A DNA stretch of 64,000 bases, taken from the IMG/VR virus record IMGVR_UViG_3300003086_000115; one strand, written 5' to 3'. The position numbers and the translations under genes were made by a program. Shown in pieces: positions 1 to 11,361 of the stretch. The notes beneath the pieces are model-generated. The model made no database searches, had not been told where the DNA came from, and saw only the letters and a list, made by a program, of their open reading frames with translations. Position 1 is the first letter of the stretch, and every line of letters begins with the position of its first letter. Origin of the DNA: a virus. Lineage: Duplodnaviria; Caudoviricetes.

Positions 1-1
1 A

Positions 2-205
2 AAGAATTTAATTTTAGCAAAATCAATATGTGAAGTAAATAAAACTAAATTTATATCAAACGTAGTTACAGAATCTATAGTTGAAAACATAGAAGGTGAT
101 TATTTTCCTGCAGATTCAGAAGCAAGAGATGGACTACACCCCGGTCCTAATTGGCATAGATCTGGAGCGGAATACTATTTCAATTTTATTAAGGAAAATA
201 TATAA
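2..205 (+). CDS. 3' part of SGNH/GDSL-hydrolase-like protein (truncated by window edge)
   Basis: Frame 2 is open to TAA 203-205 (TAATG overlap with next gene) and ends ...ARDGLHPGPNWH..., the D-x-x-H-P block V motif. Confidence 0.6.
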   Translation, partial: KNLILAKSICEVNKTKFISNVVTESIVENIEGDYFPADSEARDGLHPGPNWHRSGAEYYFNFIKENI

Positions 206-852
206 TGGGAAGATTTAAAGTTACACCAGAAACAGAAAAAATACATTGTCGTGTAAAAATAAGTGATAATCCTGAGGCAGATGGAACAATTCTTCGTCAA
301 AAAGGCACAACACGATTTATAGTAACAGATGGCACTAATACAGGTGTATGTCTTGTGTCGGACTCAGAAGATGATAATCTAATAGAGAATACAATGACGT
401 TATCTGTTATTAAGAATGACGGCACAATTATTAGGGTTGAACAGTTTAATAACAAGTTTGCAATTGATTTTGATAAGAATCGGTATTTCTTAAGAGATGA
501 TATCGATGTAGGAATACATGAAAATGTAACTACAGTTACTGATGACATTAAACAAGAATTACGACAGTCGGACAAAACTGTTAAAGTTAACGCACCTAGT
601 AAAGTTAAAGCAGTAGAGAAGAGTGTTAAATCTAAACCTAAAAGAATAGCTACTGATCCTACAAGAATGAATAAAGAGTTATTACAGGAGCACGGTAAAT
701 CGTTAGGTATAGACTTAGATACTAGCAAAACTAAAAAAGATATGCTTGTTGATTTAAAAGAATTTCAAAATTCCGCAAAAGAAGTTATTCAAGATGATAT
801 GTTCGTAATAACTGATGAGTCTAGGTTTTTTGTTGCTACTGATCTAGAATAA
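205..852 (+). CDS. Putative virion structural protein, paralogous to 940-1581, with C-terminal helix-extension-helix-like segment
   Basis: ILRQKGTTRFIVTDGT resembles IISQKGSKSFRVTTSDGT of the next gene. Confidence 0.45.
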   Translation: MGRFKVTPETEKIHCRVKISDNPEADGTILRQKGTTRFIVTDGTNTGVCLVSDSEDDNLIENTMTLSVIKNDGTIIRVEQFNNKFAIDFDKNRYFLRDDIDVGIHENVTTVTDDIKQELRQSDKTVKVNAPSKVKAVEKSVKSKPKRIATDPTRMNKELLQEHGKSLGIDLDTSKTKKDMLVDLKEFQNSAKEVIQDDMFVITDESRFFVATDLE

Positions 853-859
853 ATATAGT

Positions 860-922
860 TATGCTCCAATAGGTGGAGCATTTATGCAGATACCCTCTGC
901 GTAAGTCATAGAACGACTTTTT
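860..922 (+). promoter_or_regulatory. Three-hairpin structured 5' leader after late promoter TAAATA (850-855)
   Basis: ATGCTCCA/TGGAGCAT, TTATGCAGA/TCTGCGTAA and AAGTC/GACTT stems directly before the AAGGAG RBS. Confidence 0.55.
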
Positions 923-939
923 TTAAGGAGTAGAAAAAA

Positions 940-1581
940 ATGGGTAGACCTTTAAATAAAAAACATTTCGGTAATACTAATGCTGATAACGTAGCTGGCG
1001 AAGGTATTGCAAGTATAGCAGTTAACGTTGCAGGTACTACATACGTAGCAGGCAATGCGGCAACAATTAGTGCACCGAATATAACAGGCGGAACACAAGC
1101 AGTAGCTGAAGTAGCAACTGTAGATGGTAGTGGTTTAATTTTAACAATTACAGTAACTACAGCAGGTAGTGGCTATACTTCGGCACCAACAGTGACATTT
1201 GCAGGTGGCGATGCCGCTGGTACAGGTACAGCAACAGTAGCAACAACAGCAACAGATGGAATAACATTTGAAGCATTTGTTACTGGTGGTAGTAATGTAA
1301 CAAACGGTGATATTATTTCACAAAAAGGTAGTAAAAGCTTTAGAGTAACTACTTCAGACGGAACTGAAAAGCTAATACTAAGTACATCAGTCCCAGTAGC
1401 GGGTAAAATGAGAATCAAAGGAACAGATTCTGCAGGCGGTACTTATTTTATTAGTAAAATCTCAGGAAGAACTTGTACAGTAACACAAGGTACAGGTACT
1501 CAGTTTGCAACAGATGCTAAAGTTGGTTGGAACTTAACAACTGCGGTATTAGACGAAAGTATTGTACTTGATAACGGTTAA
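940..1581 (+). CDS. Virion structural/decoration protein
   Basis: MGRPLNKK start, Thr/Gly/Ala-rich, GSGYTSAPTVTF motif common in phage structural proteins; late promoter, strong RBS and own terminator. Confidence 0.6.
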   Translation: MGRPLNKKHFGNTNADNVAGEGIASIAVNVAGTTYVAGNAATISAPNITGGTQAVAEVATVDGSGLILTITVTTAGSGYTSAPTVTFAGGDAAGTGTATVATTATDGITFEAFVTGGSNVTNGDIISQKGSKSFRVTTSDGTEKLILSTSVPVAGKMRIKGTDSAGGTYFISKISGRTCTVTQGTGTQFATDAKVGWNLTTAVLDESIVLDNG

Positions 1582-1592
1582 TTTTTAAAAAT

Positions 1593-1635
1593 AAAAAACC
1601 CTTTACAGATACCAGCTATTGTAAAGGGTTTTTTT
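1593..1635 (+). terminator. Intrinsic terminator (bidirectional)
   Basis: AAAAAACCCTTTACA...TGTAAAGGGTTTTTTT. Confidence 0.85.
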
Positions 1636-1721
1636 GTGGCTGTAGTATCTAAAAAGTTATCTATATTAGTAAATGCTAATATAAATACACACTTAATTAT
1701 ATTACTAAAGAGAAGTGTAAA

Positions 1722-1997
1722 ATGAAAAATAAGATTTTTAGAGTAGTGTTAGTGTTGACTTTGTTGTTTTCTAACATAGCACATTCAGGTGCTGAAATTG
1801 TTGTTAATTTAACAACCGGAGAAGAATTTAAATGGCAGTTTATGGATATGGAAGATGCAAGCGATTTTTTAGCAGATAGAATTGAGTCTGGTAGATGCAG
1901 TCCTAAGATTAATAGTGTTACTATTAGGAGTGTTTACATTGATGGTATTGATGACGAATACACCTGGTACCATAGTGTAGATAAAACAGAATTTTAG
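1722..1997 (+). CDS. Small exported protein with signal peptide
   Basis: MKNK + hydrophobic stretch + AHS cleavage motif; TATAAATA upstream at 1680. Confidence 0.6.
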   Translation: MKNKIFRVVLVLTLLFSNIAHSGAEIVVNLTTGEEFKWQFMDMEDASDFLADRIESGRCSPKINSVTIRSVYIDGIDDEYTWYHSVDKTEF

Positions 1998-2052
1998 TTT
2001 TCTCTGAATTCTTAAATCAAATAAATAGTATAAACTGATTTTAAGGTAAGTT

Positions 2053-2805
2053 ATGGCTCTAACAAAACGAATTGATGGTATTTATAGTATTGCAACACTT
2101 ACTCCAGGTACTACTGTAATAGGCAGTAGTATGAGCGTTGATACAGGCACGTTGACAATCAATGGCAATTTAGTTGTAACAGGCACAAGTACCGCAGTTG
2201 AATCTGTTGACATGACGATCGATGATCATGTTATTAATTTAAATGATGGCGAAACTGGCGCAGGTGTTACAGCATCTGAAGTATGGGGTGCTGAAATACC
2301 TGCTAGTTCTGTAGCATCGTCAGGCATTAGGATTAAGCGCGGCACAAATAATGATGTTGGAATACGATACAACGAAAGTACAACTACGTGGCAAATAACA
2401 AATGATGGCATTACCTGGAATGATATAGTATCAGGTGTTATTACAGCTATAGATCATGTGCATGAAGATGTAAGTCCGTCTTTAGGCGGAAACTTAGATG
2501 TAAATGGATGGAAGATTGTTAGCAACGCAGGTCAAGATACTAACTCTAACAGTACAACAGATACACTTGATATTACTATTTCCCCAGTAGCATCTGGAGA
2601 ATTTAGAGTTGATAGTGATTCAACTACTGGTAGTGGTATTAGTGTCCAAGAACAAGCAAGTGACCCTAGCTCAATAGCAGGATATAATAAAGTTTATGCT
2701 AAAACACCGTCAACAGGTGGATCTGGTGTATTCTTTACAAACACAACCGAAACAGACGAATTAGTATCAAAAACTAAAGCGATAGTTTTTGGAATAGTAT
2801 TTTAG
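2053..2805 (+). CDS. Tail/tail-fibre-associated structural protein
   Basis: GNLVVTGTST...IDDHVINLN...RG...YNE module shared with the fibres at 4993 and 11362. Confidence 0.6.
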   Translation: MALTKRIDGIYSIATLTPGTTVIGSSMSVDTGTLTINGNLVVTGTSTAVESVDMTIDDHVINLNDGETGAGVTASEVWGAEIPASSVASSGIRIKRGTNNDVGIRYNESTTTWQITNDGITWNDIVSGVITAIDHVHEDVSPSLGGNLDVNGWKIVSNAGQDTNSNSTTDTLDITISPVASGEFRVDSDSTTGSGISVQEQASDPSSIAGYNKVYAKTPSTGGSGVFFTNTTETDELVSKTKAIVFGIVF

Positions 2806-2815
2806 GAAATAACAT

Positions 2816-3130
2816 ATGGCAATTACAACACAAGCAGTAGCAAATTCAAATACCACAATTTATACCAGTACAAATGATACTGCTGTAACTTTTTTATCAC
2901 TGTGCAATCATACAGGAGTATCTGTAACAGTTGATGTAAATCTTGTCCCAAGCGGTGATGGGGTATCAGATGCTAATATATTTTTAGATGCATTAACGAT
3001 TAATGCTAATGATACCTATATTATATACCAAGGTGGCGAAAAGATACTCTTTAGCAACGGCGACTTTGTAAACGTAATTGCCGATACCGCATCGTCTATT
3101 ACCGCAATTACAAGCTTTATTGAGATCTAG
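2816..3130 (+). CDS. Small virion structural protein
   Basis: Beta-rich 104-aa ORF in the tail cluster with RBS. Confidence 0.5.
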   Translation: MAITTQAVANSNTTIYTSTNDTAVTFLSLCNHTGVSVTVDVNLVPSGDGVSDANIFLDALTINANDTYIIYQGGEKILFSNGDFVNVIADTASSITAITSFIEI

Positions 3131-3131
3131 T

Positions 3132-3560
3132 GTGGGATACTACGTTAAGAATCGTGAAACAAACACAAATAACCTTAGTAATGCAATAAGAATTCCTGCC
3201 GGTGCCTCTATTGAGCGTCCGACTAGTCCGATTTTTGGACAGATAAGATTTAACACAACTGTTGCGTGTGTTGAGTTTTATGATGGAACATTATGGACAT
3301 GCCTTACTAAGCACGGCAATACTGAACTTGCAGTAGATTCGTTCACAGGTGACGGCAGTACAACAGTATTCACACCAATGACAAACGTGATAGCCGCTAG
3401 CGATAATGATCAAATACTAGTGTTTGTAGGTAACATTTATCAAATACCTACAACAAACTACACAACTAACGGAACGTCAGATATTACGTTTACATCAGCA
3501 CCAGGAAACGGACTTCCTATTAATGTTATTCATAACTTAAACAGTACAACAGTAACATAA
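3132..3560 (+). CDS. Tail fibre-associated protein (probable GTG start 3132)
   Basis: IP.G...RP...G.IRFN and FTGDG...FT..P modules shared with 3560 and 7708. Confidence 0.6.
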   Translation: MGYYVKNRETNTNNLSNAIRIPAGASIERPTSPIFGQIRFNTTVACVEFYDGTLWTCLTKHGNTELAVDSFTGDGSTTVFTPMTNVIAASDNDQILVFVGNIYQIPTTNYTTNGTSDITFTSAPGNGLPINVIHNLNSTTVT

Positions 3561-4918
3561 TGGCTATTAGTAAACTAAAAGGTGAAATACTAGCAAGCAA
3601 CCTTACTAGAAACGGTGTTGACTTAGCGTTTGAGACGAATTTATTATATTTCGATGTTACTAATGATAGGATTGGTATTAACACATCGACTCCAAGCACC
3701 TCACTTGATGTTATTGGCAACGTGCAGATTAGTACTACGCTAAATGTTATTGGTGCAAGTACACTAGCAACAGCAAAAGTTTCAAATCTTACTTCGGGAA
3801 GAGTTGTTACTGCAGGCTTTGTAGGCGAGTTAGAAGACAGTGCATTGTTAACGTTTAATGGGACTATATTAGGTATTGCAAATATTTCGGCACCAAGTGG
3901 CGATTTAACTATTACAGCCCCAGGTAATATAAACCTTACTGCTGATAGTGACACTTCAGGTGGCGGGTTAGTAGATATCACAGGAACAGATGGTCTGAAT
4001 ATTCCAGACGGAACAACAGTAGAACGTCCGACAACAGGACTTACTGCAGGTGTTATACGATTTAATACTGACACTAATGCAGTAGAGGTGTATAATGGTA
4101 TAAGTTGGGTGTTAGTTGGTAGTACTGTTACTGGATTAATAACCCAATTAATTACTGGTGATGGTGGCACAGTTGCATTTACTTTAACACGAGCTTCAAG
4201 TGCAATAGCGTTGCTGGTTAGTACAAACGGTGTTATACAAGTTCCAAACGTAGATTACTCAACATCAGGAACAACACTTACATTTTCAGAAGCACCGTTA
4301 AGTTCAGATACAGTAGAATTGCGTTTTATTACAGCAACTACTAGTGTAGATGGAATTGCAGATGCGTTAGGAACAACTACAGTAAAAGCAACTACAAGTC
4401 AAGTAGATATTGAAATTGCTAGTACTAACGTGTTAACAATTGACAGTACTGCAATTAAACCAAAGACAGATATAATTCCGTATACTAATTCTACATATGA
4501 TTTAGGTAGTACTACTAAAAAATGGGATAATGTATACGCTACTTTATTTACAGGAACGTATGCAGATTTAGCAGAGATGTATGTTGCTGATGAAGATTAT
4601 GAGCCAGGCACAGTTGTATCAGTAGGCGGAGAGAAAGAGATTACAGCATCTAATTTGTTTAATTCACATTCAGTTGTTGGCGTTGTATCTAAAAATCCAG
4701 CGTATCTAATGAATGCTGAACAAGAAGACGGAACTCCAATTGCCTTAAAAGGAAAAGTTAAGGTAAAAATAATAGGATCTGTTAGAAAAGGCGATAGGTT
4801 AGCACCGTCAAATGTAGATGGATATGCTGTATCAAATAATCAACGAGAAGCATGGTCCTTTGCAATTTCGTTGGAAGATTCTAATGAAAATGGTACAGTA
4901 ACAGCAATTATTCTTTAG
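3560..4918 (+). CDS. Tail fibre/spike protein with C-terminal intramolecular-chaperone (autoproteolytic)-type domain
   Basis: C-terminus ADLAE.Y..D..Y..GTVV...GVVS..PAYLMN...IALKG.V...KGD is shared with the 7708 and 11362 ORFs. Confidence 0.75.
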   Translation: MAISKLKGEILASNLTRNGVDLAFETNLLYFDVTNDRIGINTSTPSTSLDVIGNVQISTTLNVIGASTLATAKVSNLTSGRVVTAGFVGELEDSALLTFNGTILGIANISAPSGDLTITAPGNINLTADSDTSGGGLVDITGTDGLNIPDGTTVERPTTGLTAGVIRFNTDTNAVEVYNGISWVLVGSTVTGLITQLITGDGGTVAFTLTRASSAIALLVSTNGVIQVPNVDYSTSGTTLTFSEAPLSSDTVELRFITATTSVDGIADALGTTTVKATTSQVDIEIASTNVLTIDSTAIKPKTDIIPYTNSTYDLGSTTKKWDNVYATLFTGTYADLAEMYVADEDYEPGTVVSVGGEKEITASNLFNSHSVVGVVSKNPAYLMNAEQEDGTPIALKGKVKVKIIGSVRKGDRLAPSNVDGYAVSNNQREAWSFAISLEDSNENGTVTAIIL

Positions 4919-4992
4919 GTTTTTTATATAAAACCAAAAATTATATTCTGAGTTTTTAATAAATAAGTGTAAGCTTAATTAGGGAGGCTCAT

Positions 4993-7900
4993 ATGGCAAT
5001 AACAAGAATAAAGAATAATCAAGTAACCACAGCGAGTGGCACTGGCACCGGCGATCTAGGTATCGACGGCTCAACTAAATTATGGGATCAGTCAGTTACT
5101 GATGCTAAATTAGTTGACAATTTAACATATAACTCAAGCCTTACTGTTACAGGTAACTTAACAGTACAAGGTACAACTACAACGATCGATACAACTAATA
5201 CACTTGTTGAAGATCCAATTATGGTTTTAGCGTCAAACCAAACAGGAGCAGGATCAGCTGACATCGGTTTCATCGGTGAACGTGGTGATAATACAAACGT
5301 TGCGTTTGTGTGGGACGAAAGCGCAGACTCTTTTGTTGCGATAACAACTTCGGATGCTGATTCAAATACAACTGTTACAGTTACTGACTATGCTGATATG
5401 CATGTTGGTGGTATAACAGCAGATGATAATGCTTCAGTTGGTGGTACACTAGCAGTAACAGGTGCAAGTACATTAACTGGTAATACAGCAATTGCAGGTA
5501 CGTTAGCAGTAACTGGTGCTACAACAATGTCAACTGCTTCAACAAGCGGTGCGGCTACAATAGGTAGTACATTAGGTGTTACAGGTGCTACAACTTTATC
5601 AAGTACGTTAGCAGTAAGTGGTGCGTCTACATTGTCAAGTACTTTAAACGTAAGTGGACTTGCTTCACTAGACGGTGGTATTGATGCTGATGGTGCATTT
5701 ACTGTTGCTAGTGCATTTACTGTTGCTAATGGCAGTGGTAACGTTGTTACTACTGGTACTTTAGCAGTAACAGGTGCTACAACAATGTCAACTGCTTCGA
5801 CAAGTGGTGAAGCTACGTTAGATAGTGCTGTTATTACTAACAATGCTACAGTAGGTGGTACTTTAGGCGTAACTGGTGCAACTTCTATGTCAACTGCTTC
5901 AACAAGTGGTGCGGCAACATTAAACAGTGCTGTTATTACTAATGGTGCAACGATTGGTACTACACTAGCAGTAACTGGCGAGAGTACTTTAGCAAGTGCT
6001 AAAGTAAGTGATTTAACAAGTGGCCGTGTTGTTTTAGCAGGCACTGCAGGTGCTATTGAAGACTCAGGAAACTTAACGTTTAGTGGCTCTGCATTAGCAG
6101 TAACTGGTACTGCTTCAGTATCAAGTAATGCTACAGTAGGTGGTACATTAGGTGTTACAGGTGCAACTACAATAACTGGTTTGCTTACCGCAAATGCAGG
6201 TATAGCAGTTGATTCTGATAAGTTTACAGTTGCTGATTCTACAGGTAATACAGCAATTGCAGGTACAATACTACAGTAGGTGGTACGTTAGCAGTAACAG
6301 GTGCTACAACAATAAGTGGTGCGTTAATAGCAAACGGTGGAATTACAGCACCGAGCTTTACTTCTAGTGCTAATACAATCATTGGTGGTACACTAGCAGT
6401 AACAGGTGCAACAACACTAAATGGAGATGTTACTTTAGGTGATGCTTCTGGTGATGATGTTACTGTTACAGGTACAGCAACATTTGCACAAAGTATTGCA
6501 ATGAGTGGCGGCTTTGTTGTTGCGGCTTCGCAAACAATTAATGCAGGTAGTAACAAAATTAATAACGTTACAGATCCTACAGCGGCACAAGATGCGGCTA
6601 CTAAAGCGTATGTTGATAACGCTTCATCAGCTGGTTTCACATTAAGTGATGGCACTACTGGACAAGTTATCTCAGGTGGCGACACTTTCCTAGTATCAGG
6701 CACAGCAAACGAAGTAAATGTTGCTGTAAGTGCTACTGACACGTTAACAATTGGTTTACCAGATAACGTTACAGTTGCTGGTGTATTAACAGTTACTGGA
6801 AACGGTACTGTTGGTGGAACATTCGCAGTAACTGGCGCACAAACGTTTACTGGTGCTACAACAATGTCAAGTAATGCTACAGTTGGTGGTACTTTACAAG
6901 TGAGTGGTGATACAACGTTAGATGGTAACTTAACAGTTAACGGTACAACTACTACGGTGAATTCAACTACAGTAAGTATTGATGATCCAATCTTTAACTT
7001 GGGTGGTGATACTGCTCCAAGTTCAGATGATAACTTAGACCGTGGTGTGATATTCCAATATCACAATGGTTCAGCGGCAAAGAAAGGTTTCTTTGGTATG
7101 GACGACAGTGCTTCTGAATTCGTTTACATCGCAGATGCAACAGATACTGCTTCAGTAATGAGTGGTTCTTTAGGTAACATGGCAATGGGTGGTTCACGTA
7201 ATACTGGAAACTCAACTATTGGCGGCACAAGCACAGTAACAGGTACAAGTACACTAACAGGTGCAGTAACTATGATAGCTTCGGCTACAATAGGAACTAC
7301 ATTAGGTGTTACAGGTGCTACAACTTTATCAAGTACGTTAGCAGTAGCAGGTGCAAGTACATTAACTGGTAATACTACAGTAGGTGGTACATTAGGTGTT
7401 ACAGGTGCTACGACGATGTCAAGTGCTAAAGTAAGTGATTTAACACCTGGACGTGTTGTTTTAGCAGGTACTGCAGGTGAAATTGAAGACTCAGGAAACT
7501 TAACGTTTGATGGATCTACACTAGCAGTAACAGGTTCTGCTTCAGTATCAATTAATGCTACAATTGGTGGTACGTTAGCAGTAACAGGTGCTACAACAAT
7601 AAGTGGTTTGCTTAACGCAAATGCAGGTATAGCAGTTGATTCTAATAAGTTTACAGTTGCTGATTCTACAGGTAATACAGCAATTGCAGGTACACTAGCA
7701 GTAACTGGTGCAACTTCTATGTCAACTGCTTCAACCTAATAGTGCTACAGTAGGAACTACATTAGGTGTTACAGGTGCTACAACTTTATCAAGTACGTTA
7801 GCAGTAAGTGGTGCTACCGGTGTTGATGGTGACTTTGATATTGCTACAAACAAGTTTACAGTAGCAAGTGCTTCAGGTAATACAGCAATTGCAGGTACGT

Positions 7901-10900
7901 TAGCAGTAACTGGTACAACTTCTATGTCAACTGCTTCAACAAGTGGTGCGGCTACGTTAAACAGTGCTTCTGTTACTAACAATGCTACAATTGGTGGTAC
8001 GTTAGCAGTAACAGGTGCTACAACAATGTCAACTGCTAAAGTAAGTGATTTAACAAGTGGACGTGTTGTTTTAGCAGGTACTGCAGGTGAAATTGAAGAC
8101 TCAGGAAACTTAACGTTTAGTGGTTCTGCATTAGCAGTAACTGGTTCTGCTTCAGTATCAAGTAATGCTACAATTGGTGGTACGTTAGCAGTAACAGGTG
8201 CTACAACTTTAGCAAGTACGTTAGGTGTTACAGGTGCAACTTCTATGTCAACTGCTTCAACAAGTGGTGCGGCTACGTTAAATAGTGCTGTTATTACTAA
8301 TAGTGCAACGATTGGTACTACACTAGCAGTAACAGGTACAAGTACACTAACAGGTGCTACTTCTGTTGCAGGATTATTAAGTCCAAATGGCGGTATTGAT
8401 GTTGATGGTGGTAACTTTACAGTTAGCGGTTCAAATGGTAACGTTGTTACTCTTGGTACACTAGCAGTAGCAGGTGCAAGTACATTAACTGGTAATACAA
8501 CTATGTCGGGTTCAGCAACAGTTGGAACTACATTAGGTGTTACAGGTGCTACTACGTTAAGTTCTACACTAGCAGTAGCAGGTGCAAGTACATTAACTGG
8601 TAATACTACAGTAGGTGGTACATTAGGTGTTACAGGTGCTACTACGTTAAGTTCTACACTAGCAGTAACTGGTGCAGTTACAGCAACTGGTGCAATGACA
8701 GTTAACAATGGTTCAAGTGCAACGGGTGACTTTATAGTAAACGGTGATTCACAGACTAAAACATTCTTTGTTGATGCTAGTACTGATTCTGTATTAATTG
8801 GTGGCGGTGCTGTAAATGCAAGCGCAATATTAACAGTTAACTCTACAGGTTCAATGATGTTACCAGCTGGTACAACTGGACAACGTCCAGGTTCACCAGG
8901 TGTAAGTGACGAAGGTTTATTCCGTTATAACACAACATTAGACTTACCAGAGTTTTGGAAGGGAACTAGTTGGGAGCAATTAGCAACTGACTTTACAGTT
9001 ATAGAATCTGAAACATTCACAGGTGATAATACTACAACTGCGTTTACATTACAAAGTGCGCAATCATCTGCTTCTGTAATTGTTAGTATCAACGGTATTA
9101 TACAGCTTCCAGTTGCGGCATACTCTGTATCAGGAGTTACACTAACATTTACTGAAGCTCCATTAGACAGTGATAAAATTGAAGTGCGTGAAATCACAAC
9201 TACAACAACAGTTACAGCGTTAGATAACGGTGATGGTTCAACTAACATTAGCCTAACAGCTTCAGCAATTGATGTCACTGGTAACATGGCTGTTGCAGGT
9301 AATATTGTTGCAAGTGGTTCAATTACTGCAAATGGTGACATAATATTTGGTGATGCGGCTACAGATAACATTACGTTTAATGCAGATGTTAACTCTGACA
9401 TTTTACCAAATGCTACTGGTACGTTTGACTTAGGTTCTTCTGCTAAAGAGTGGGATAAGTTATATGTTAATACAGTAACAGGTAATGTAACAGGTAATGT
9501 AACTGGTAACTTAACTGGTGATGTAACTGGTGATGTAACTGGTGCGTTAACTGGCAATGTAACTGGTGATGTAACTGGTGATGTAACTGGTGATGTAACT
9601 GGCACGTTATTTGGTAACGCATCTACTGCTACTACACTAGCAACAAGTCGTACAATTGCAATGAGCGGTGATGGTACTTGGAACTCGGGCGCATTTAATG
9701 GTTCGGGTAACGTAACAGCGGCAATGACACTAGCAAATAGTGGTGTATCGGCAGCAAGTTATGGTAGTGCAACAGCAATTCCAGTAATTACAGTTGATGC
9801 TAAAGGTCGTATTACAACAGCTACTACAGTAGCAGTTAGTTCTGATATGGGAATGGCAGGTGACAGTGGTACAGGTACAATTACAGTTGGTACAGATACA
9901 TTTACTATTGCTGGTGGTACAGGAATAGCAACAGCAGTATCTGGTGATACATTAACTATTACTGCAACTTCTGATCCTGTTATTACATTAGCTGGTGATT
10001 TAAGTGGTTCAGTTACTTTAACTAACTTAGGTAATGGTACATTGACTGCTACAGTTGCAGATGATTCACATAATCACGTAACAGGTAACATTGATGGTTT
10101 AGCTGAGTATATCAGCGATACAGCAGGTGCTATGTGGTCTGGTAACAGTGAGTCAGGTGTTTCAGTAACATACGTAGATGGTGACAATACCATGGACATT
10201 AATGTTAATGACCCTACAATCACACTAAGCGGTGATTTAACTGGTTCAGCTACAATGACTAACTTAGGTAACGTTACTATTTCAGCTACGGTTGCAGATG
10301 ATTCACATAACCATGTTATTGGTAATGTAGATGGTTTACAAGCGGCTTTAGATACTAAAGCTACTTTAGCAAGTCCTGCGTTAACTGGTGCTCCAACTGC
10401 TCCTACAGCGGCGTCTAATACTAACACAACACAGGTTGCAACAACTGCGTTTGTAATAACAGAAGTTACTGACTTAATTGGTGGTGCTCCAGGCACATTA
10501 GATACACTTAATGAGTTAGCGGCAGCAATTAATGATGATGCAAGTTATGCATCTACATTGACTACTGATTTAGCGACTAAAGTTGCTAAGACATCTAATC
10601 AAGCACTTGGCTCAGCGGCAAATGTAATGACTATTGCAGATCACACTATTACGTTAACACGTGGTGATGGTTCTACTGATACAGTTACAGTTCCTGATAA
10701 CAATACTACTTACTCAGTAGGCAACGGTGGATTAACGCAAGTTAACTTTACTACAGCAAGGTCAGCTTTAGTTGACAATGCAACTTCTGCTAATACAGCT
10801 AGTACAATTGTTAAGCGTGATGCTTCAGGTAACTTTAGTGCAGGTACTATTACTGCTACATGTACATCAGCAAGATACGCTGACTTAGCGGAAAATTACT

Positions 10901-11244
10901 CAGCAGACGCTGAATATGCTCCTGGTACAGTAGTTTGTTTTGGTGGTGATGCAGAAGTAACACAGTGTAATGAAGACGGTGATCGTAAGATTGCTGGTGT
11001 TGTTTCAACTGATCCTGCTTACTTAATGAACAATGAACTTGAAGGTACTAAAGCTACTGTCGCATTGACAGGACGTGTACCATGTATGGTAACTGGTTCA
11101 GTTAAGAAAGGTGACATGATGGTTAGTGCTGGTAATGGTAAGGCACGTGCCGAAGCAGATCCTAAGATGGGTTCTGTTATTGGTAAGGCATTAGAAGATT
11201 CAGAAGGCGATGCTACTATTGAAGTAGTTGTTGGTAGAATGTAA
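4993..11244 (+). CDS. Giant repeat-rich tail fibre (~2080 codons) interrupted by two compensating frameshifts (~6267 and ~7737); track ORFs 4993-6279, 6501-7739 and 7708-11244 are its pieces
   Basis: The GTL(A/G)VTGATT repeat peptide continues across both junctions in the new frame; the middle frame is open from 6267 to 7736; one late promoter/RBS, one chaperone domain, one terminator. Confidence 0.75.
5430..8680 (+). repeat. Intragenic mosaic direct repeats encoding GTL(A/G)VTGA(T/S)T(L/M)S units plus three AKVSDLT.GRVVLAGTAG.IEDSGNLTF blocks
   Basis: Near-identical nucleotide blocks, e.g. at ~5998, ~7425 and ~8035. Confidence 0.9.
9475..9603 (+). repeat. 12-bp tandem repeat encoding (V/L)TG(N/D)
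   Basis: gtaactggtgat / gtaacaggtaat units. Confidence 0.9.
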
Positions 11245-11263
11245 TCTTTTACTAAGCAATAAT

Positions 11264-11290
11264 AAAAGGGGGCTTCGGTCCCCTTTTTTA
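11264..11290 (+). terminator. Intrinsic terminator
   Basis: AAAAGGGGG-CTTCGG-TCCCCTTTTTT with a UUCG tetraloop. Confidence 0.9.
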
Positions 11291-11361
11291 TTGACTAGAT
11301 ATTCAGAAAATTGTAACTAAATTGAAGGTAAATACGACAAATTATAAGGGGGTTTTTTAGG

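Noticed and set aside
6255-6280. Programmed ribosomal frameshift in the fibre gene
   Set aside because: No X XXY YYZ slippery site or stimulatory structure; the junction is a repeat chimera
5088-10496. Long minus-strand ORFs (5388-6044, 6239-6742, 7731-8708, 8925-9605, 10074-10496)
   Set aside because: Antisense shadows of the Thr/Gly/Ala/Val-rich fibre; no RBS or promoter. The same applies to most short opposite-strand ORFs in the track
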